Source: an uncultured archaeon (GTDB taxonomy: Archaea > Asgardarchaeota > Lokiarchaeia > Sigyniarchaeales > Promethearchaeaceae). Taken from it: a DNA stretch of 19,370 nucleotides. The notes under the pieces are model-generated. The model was given only the letters and a program-made list of their open reading frames with translations, was not told the DNA's origin and made no database searches. The position numbers and the translations under genes are program-made. The stretch covers positions 8,962 to 28,331 of the forward strand of contig CAYRPF010000032.1 in NCBI GenBank assembly GCA_964426185.1, in the 5' to 3' direction. This document shows, in pieces, positions 16,179 to 19,370 of the stretch. Positions within the stretch are counted from its first letter, which is position 1, and each line of letters opens with the position of its first letter.

Positions 16179-18167
16179 TTGCAAACTATACTACCCATAG
16201 ATGAAAAAGAAATCGGTCAACCACGGGGAGAATTCGCCAGTTTATTTGGAATATTCTTTACAAAAACCAAAACAGAAAATCAACAAAAAAATGATGAAAT
16301 ACCAGAAAAAACGAGAGAGAGCACATTAAAAGATAAAAAAAACACTTCCACCACCCAGTCTTCAAGAAAACATAAAGATAAAGAACTACTGGGCTATCTT
16401 TGGAAATTTGTAGTTCCCTACAAGAGAAAATTTGTTGCGATTTGCCTTTTGATGCTGATTAATATCGTTTTAGGAATTTTAAGCCCTTTAAGTTATCAAC
16501 GCTCTCTAAAGTTAATTGAAGAAAACAACCAAAATCCCCAATTAATACAGATTTTTCCCTTTCTGTTGGCTTATTTTCTCATTATTCTCGTGAAATGGTT
16601 TACCGATTCCATGCAGCGATACGTAACCATCCAGTTGAATTCTTTTATTACCAATTCCATGCGATTGAAAGTTTTTGATGAAATCTTGCAAAATTCCATC
16701 CAGTTTTATGATCACGCCGAAAGTGGAGTGCTTACTTCAAATATCACAAATGATATCCAAGAACTATATGAAACTGGTGAGAGATTTGTATATGTATTTA
16801 CTTCCCTCATCAGACTGATAGTGACTGTAGGAATTCTCCTTTCGTTTTCACCGCGTATGACTCTAATTTCTATGGCTTTTCTTCCAGTTTTCTTTTTAAT
16901 CTCAATTTCTCTGAGGAAGTTCCAGCGAAGGGTAGCTAGGATTTGGCGAAAGAATTTTGGGAAGGTTAATCAAAGTTTTTCCGAATCTATGCGTTCCATC
17001 ACTATATCCAAGGCATTTGAACGGGAAAATGAGAACGTCCGACGGTTTACTCAGCTCAATGAGTTGACATACAAATCCTCGGTTAAACGAGGTTTTGGGA
17101 TCTTTATCATGGGCCCGGTTAGTGATTTTTTACGCCACGTACTTCTGGTTATAATACTATGGATTGGAACAGTGGAATACAACAGCGGACGACTCACAAT
17201 TGCTGCCTTTTCTTTGTTTGTATTCATGTTCGATTATTATTTCTACCCGATTTTGGGATTAGCAAGGCATTACAACCGATTCCAATCTCTTTTTGGAATA
17301 TTGGAACGTCTATTGGAATCCAGCGAACAGAAAGACATTAAAGAGTCCACTGATTATCAATTACCTGCATTATCCCTTAAAGGAGAAATAGAATTCAATC
17401 GAGTTTATTTTGCGTATACTCCGGAAAAACCCATCTTGCAGAATATTTCCTTTAAAGCCTTTCCGGGGGAACGAATTGCTATTGTGGGTCCCACTGGAGC
17501 CGGAAAAACCACCATTGCCTCTATTTTAATGCGGTTTTATTCCCATCAAAATGGAGAAATATTAATTGATGGTGAAAAAATCGAATCCTATCCACTCACT
17601 GCTTTGAGGAAATCCATTGGATTGGTCAGCCAAAGAGTTTTACTTATAAAGGGAACTATACGGGATAATCTTCTATTAGGAAACGAAGGAGCTACCGATG
17701 ATGAAATATGGAACGCATTAGACATGGTGCAAGCCAGAGAATTCATAGAAATGCTCCCGCAAGGTTTAGATTCGAAAGTAAGTGAAAAAGGGAAGAATTT
17801 ATCGTCAGGACAGCGACAGATGCTATCCTTCGCTCGAGTTTTATTATCTAATCCTCAAATTATTATTTTAGATGAAGCCACTTCTGCCGTAGATTTGTAT
17901 ACTGAAGCCAAGATTCAAGATGCTATTGATATTTTGCTTGAAGGTCGCACCAGTTTGGTGATTGCCCATCGATTAACCACGATCCTAAAAAGTGATTTGA
18001 TTATTGTAATTGATGATGGAAAAATCCTGCAACAAGGCACTCATGAAGAATTGATGCAACAACCGGGACCCTATCAAAATTTATACCAATTATACTTTGA
18101 AACTCAATCTGCAAAGTATTTGGAAAGAATTAAAACGGGTCGAAAAGTTCTTAACCAGCTGAAATAA
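16179..18167 (+). CDS. ABC exporter half-transporter (TMD+NBD), consensus Walker B subunit of a heterodimer
   Basis: Walker A 'GPTGAGKTT', signature 'LSSGQ', Walker B 'IILDEATS', 'IAHRL'. The start is TTG, with an in-frame TGA at 16170 upstream; the exact start is uncertain. Confidence 0.95.
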   Translation: MQTILPIDEKEIGQPRGEFASLFGIFFTKTKTENQQKNDEIPEKTRESTLKDKKNTSTTQSSRKHKDKELLGYLWKFVVPYKRKFVAICLLMLINIVLGILSPLSYQRSLKLIEENNQNPQLIQIFPFLLAYFLIILVKWFTDSMQRYVTIQLNSFITNSMRLKVFDEILQNSIQFYDHAESGVLTSNITNDIQELYETGERFVYVFTSLIRLIVTVGILLSFSPRMTLISMAFLPVFFLISISLRKFQRRVARIWRKNFGKVNQSFSESMRSITISKAFERENENVRRFTQLNELTYKSSVKRGFGIFIMGPVSDFLRHVLLVIILWIGTVEYNSGRLTIAAFSLFVFMFDYYFYPILGLARHYNRFQSLFGILERLLESSEQKDIKESTDYQLPALSLKGEIEFNRVYFAYTPEKPILQNISFKAFPGERIAIVGPTGAGKTTIASILMRFYSHQNGEILIDGEKIESYPLTALRKSIGLVSQRVLLIKGTIRDNLLLGNEGATDDEIWNALDMVQAREFIEMLPQGLDSKVSEKGKNLSSGQRQMLSFARVLLSNPQIIILDEATSAVDLYTEAKIQDAIDILLEGRTSLVIAHRLTTILKSDLIIVIDDGKILQQGTHEELMQQPGPYQNLYQLYFETQSAKYLERIKTGRKVLNQLK

Positions 18168-18177
18168 AAATTTCCAT

Positions 18178-18381
18178 ATGCCCATCGTAGACGTAAAAAT
18201 GTGGACTGGAGTTTCTGAAGAAGCCGCTAAAAAAATAATTTCCGGAATTACGGAGATTTTTAAAGAATTGGGAATTCCTGAGCGTGCCGTCGAAGTTCTC
18301 ATTCATCAAATTCCAAAAACCCACTGGGGTGTTAGAGGAAAACCAGCTTCTGAAGCATTGCCGGATTCTCACTCACCATAA
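18178..18381 (+). CDS. 4-oxalocrotonate tautomerase-family protein (Pro-1, beta-alpha-beta)
   Basis: 67 aa beginning M-P, with 'G.S.E..KKII..IT', 'IP..AV.V.I..I...HWG..G'. Starts 10 nt after the ABC gene stop. Confidence 0.9.
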   Translation: MPIVDVKMWTGVSEEAAKKIISGITEIFKELGIPERAVEVLIHQIPKTHWGVRGKPASEALPDSHSP

Positions 18382-18407
18382 ACAAATAATGTCACCTAAG
18401 GAATTTA

Positions 18408-19370
18408 TTAATCGAATCCCTTTTTTCTCCAGTATTTCATCAGTATTATTCCGATTGCAATTGTAGAGATTATCCCTCCCCCTAATAAAGGAAAACTATC
18501 TAAATATGTTTCCGAACCGTCATCTTCAGGTATTATACTGTAGAAATCTGCTAAATTATAAGTAAAAAGATCTAGTAGAACTGGCCACCAAATTTGACAA
18601 TTATTAATAACAAGATTAGCAGGTGGATTGAAAAAGTCCCATACCCCCCAAGCCCGAATAAGAGAACTATTAACGATTGGTTCTTCATGATATGCAGAAA
18701 GATTGCCATAAATTTCTAAGTTAAGAACCATTTTTGATTCAATATGAGTGTAATACATCCAAGGAACGAACATTCCTGCAGAAACTTGAACTTGAGTCAT
18801 TTCTATATTAATATTTGCTTGAATAATTGGAACAAGGGATTGGTAAAACTCTTCATCTTCTAATCTGACAGAATTTTGGGAATAGGGAGGACAATATACA
18901 GCAAAAATACCTGAGTGAAGGGTTAAAACTTTTGGAAATTGAAATTTAGCCAAAAAATCTCGAAAAACTCGCGTACAATTCTCTGAAAAAGGATTTAATC
19001 CGTGATAGATCTGAGAAGATTTAAGATCAGATGAAAAATAGGGATTTCCAAAATCATAAGCATAATTTCGGTTTGGATCAACACCTCCAGGTGAATCTTC
19101 ACCAATTTTTCCATCTTGATCCAGATCAACACCTTCAGTTTCAACTTTCGCAAATACATCAGGCATTTCTTCAGAAGCAATAATTTCTATATATCCATCT
19201 TGGTTGATATCGCTAGTTTCTAAATCAATTTCATCTTGAATACCATCTAAATCTTCATCAATTGGACGAAGTGTTTTCCTTTGCCACGGATAGCGGTGTA
19301 AAATGGAAGCACCATCCACATTTAGAGAAGGAATAATGGAAAAAACTTTGTTTTGCAATAAAATTGAAAT
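18408..19370 (-). CDS. M14 zinc carboxypeptidase-family protein, C-terminal part (5' end outside the window), with C-terminal TM anchor
   Basis: Motifs 'IIPSLNVDG', 'WQRKT', 'GVDPNRNY', 'PFSE', 'LTLHSG' (Zn-ligand His), 'LEIYG' (catalytic Glu). The frame is open to the window edge and the N-terminal HxxE motif is not in the window. C-terminus 'GGGIISTIAIGIILMKYWRKK'. Confidence 0.9.
   Translation of the reverse strand: MSILLQNKVFSIIPSLNVDGASILHRYPWQRKTLRPIDEDLDGIQDEIDLETSDINQDGYIEIIASEEMPDVFAKVETEGVDLDQDGKIGEDSPGGVDPNRNYAYDFGNPYFSSDLKSSQIYHGLNPFSENCTRVFRDFLAKFQFPKVLTLHSGIFAVYCPPYSQNSVRLEDEEFYQSLVPIIQANINIEMTQVQVSAGMFVPWMYYTHIESKMVLNLEIYGNLSAYHEEPIVNSSLIRAWGVWDFFNPPANLVINNCQIWWPVLLDLFTYNLADFYSIIPEDDGSETYLDSFPLLGGGIISTIAIGIILMKYWRKKGFD

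Noticed and set aside
10819-18381. LigB-like remnant plus tautomerase as an aromatic meta-cleavage pathway
   Set aside because: They are 7 kb apart with unrelated genes between them, the tautomerase lacks the 4-OT arginines, and no other pathway enzymes are present.
13965-19180. Track ORFs 13965-14177, 14702-14902, 15110-15322, 15677-15937, 17159-17341, 18090-18302, 18151-18372, 18284-18466 and 18995-19180
   Set aside because: They are short alternative-frame or antisense overlaps of confident genes.

Overview
AT-rich, gene-dense prokaryotic window with 15 supportable protein-coding genes (the last cut by the window edge) and one unannotated, internally deleted pseudogene. In order: a catalytic-domain-only E2-like acyltransferase-fold protein, a CHASE-sensor hybrid histidine kinase, an AzgA/PbuG-type purine permease, a DHA3/MefA-like MFS exporter, a transglutaminase-like Cys-His-Asp protein, a membrane-anchored PQQ-type beta-propeller protein, a DUF1295 steroid-reductase-like membrane protein, a LigB/Memo-fold gene remnant, a 6-TM orphan, two tandem DUF998-like paralogues, a dCMP deaminase, an asymmetric heterodimeric ABC exporter, a Pro-1 tautomerase and a C-terminally anchored M14 carboxypeptidase. 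TATA-like boxes about 25-35 nt upstream of starts, oligo-T terminators without hairpins, GGTG/GGAGG ribosome sites and N-glycosylation sequons concentrated in extracellular domains suggest an archaeon, possibly Asgard/Lokiarchaeia (inference only). I found no rRNA, tRNA, CRISPR array or mobile element. I cannot support one coherent new multi-gene system. The best leads are the hidden LigB-like remnant, the E2-like protein with a remodelled active site, a switch-like or operator element upstream of the purine permease, and several enzymes with altered catalytic motifs.
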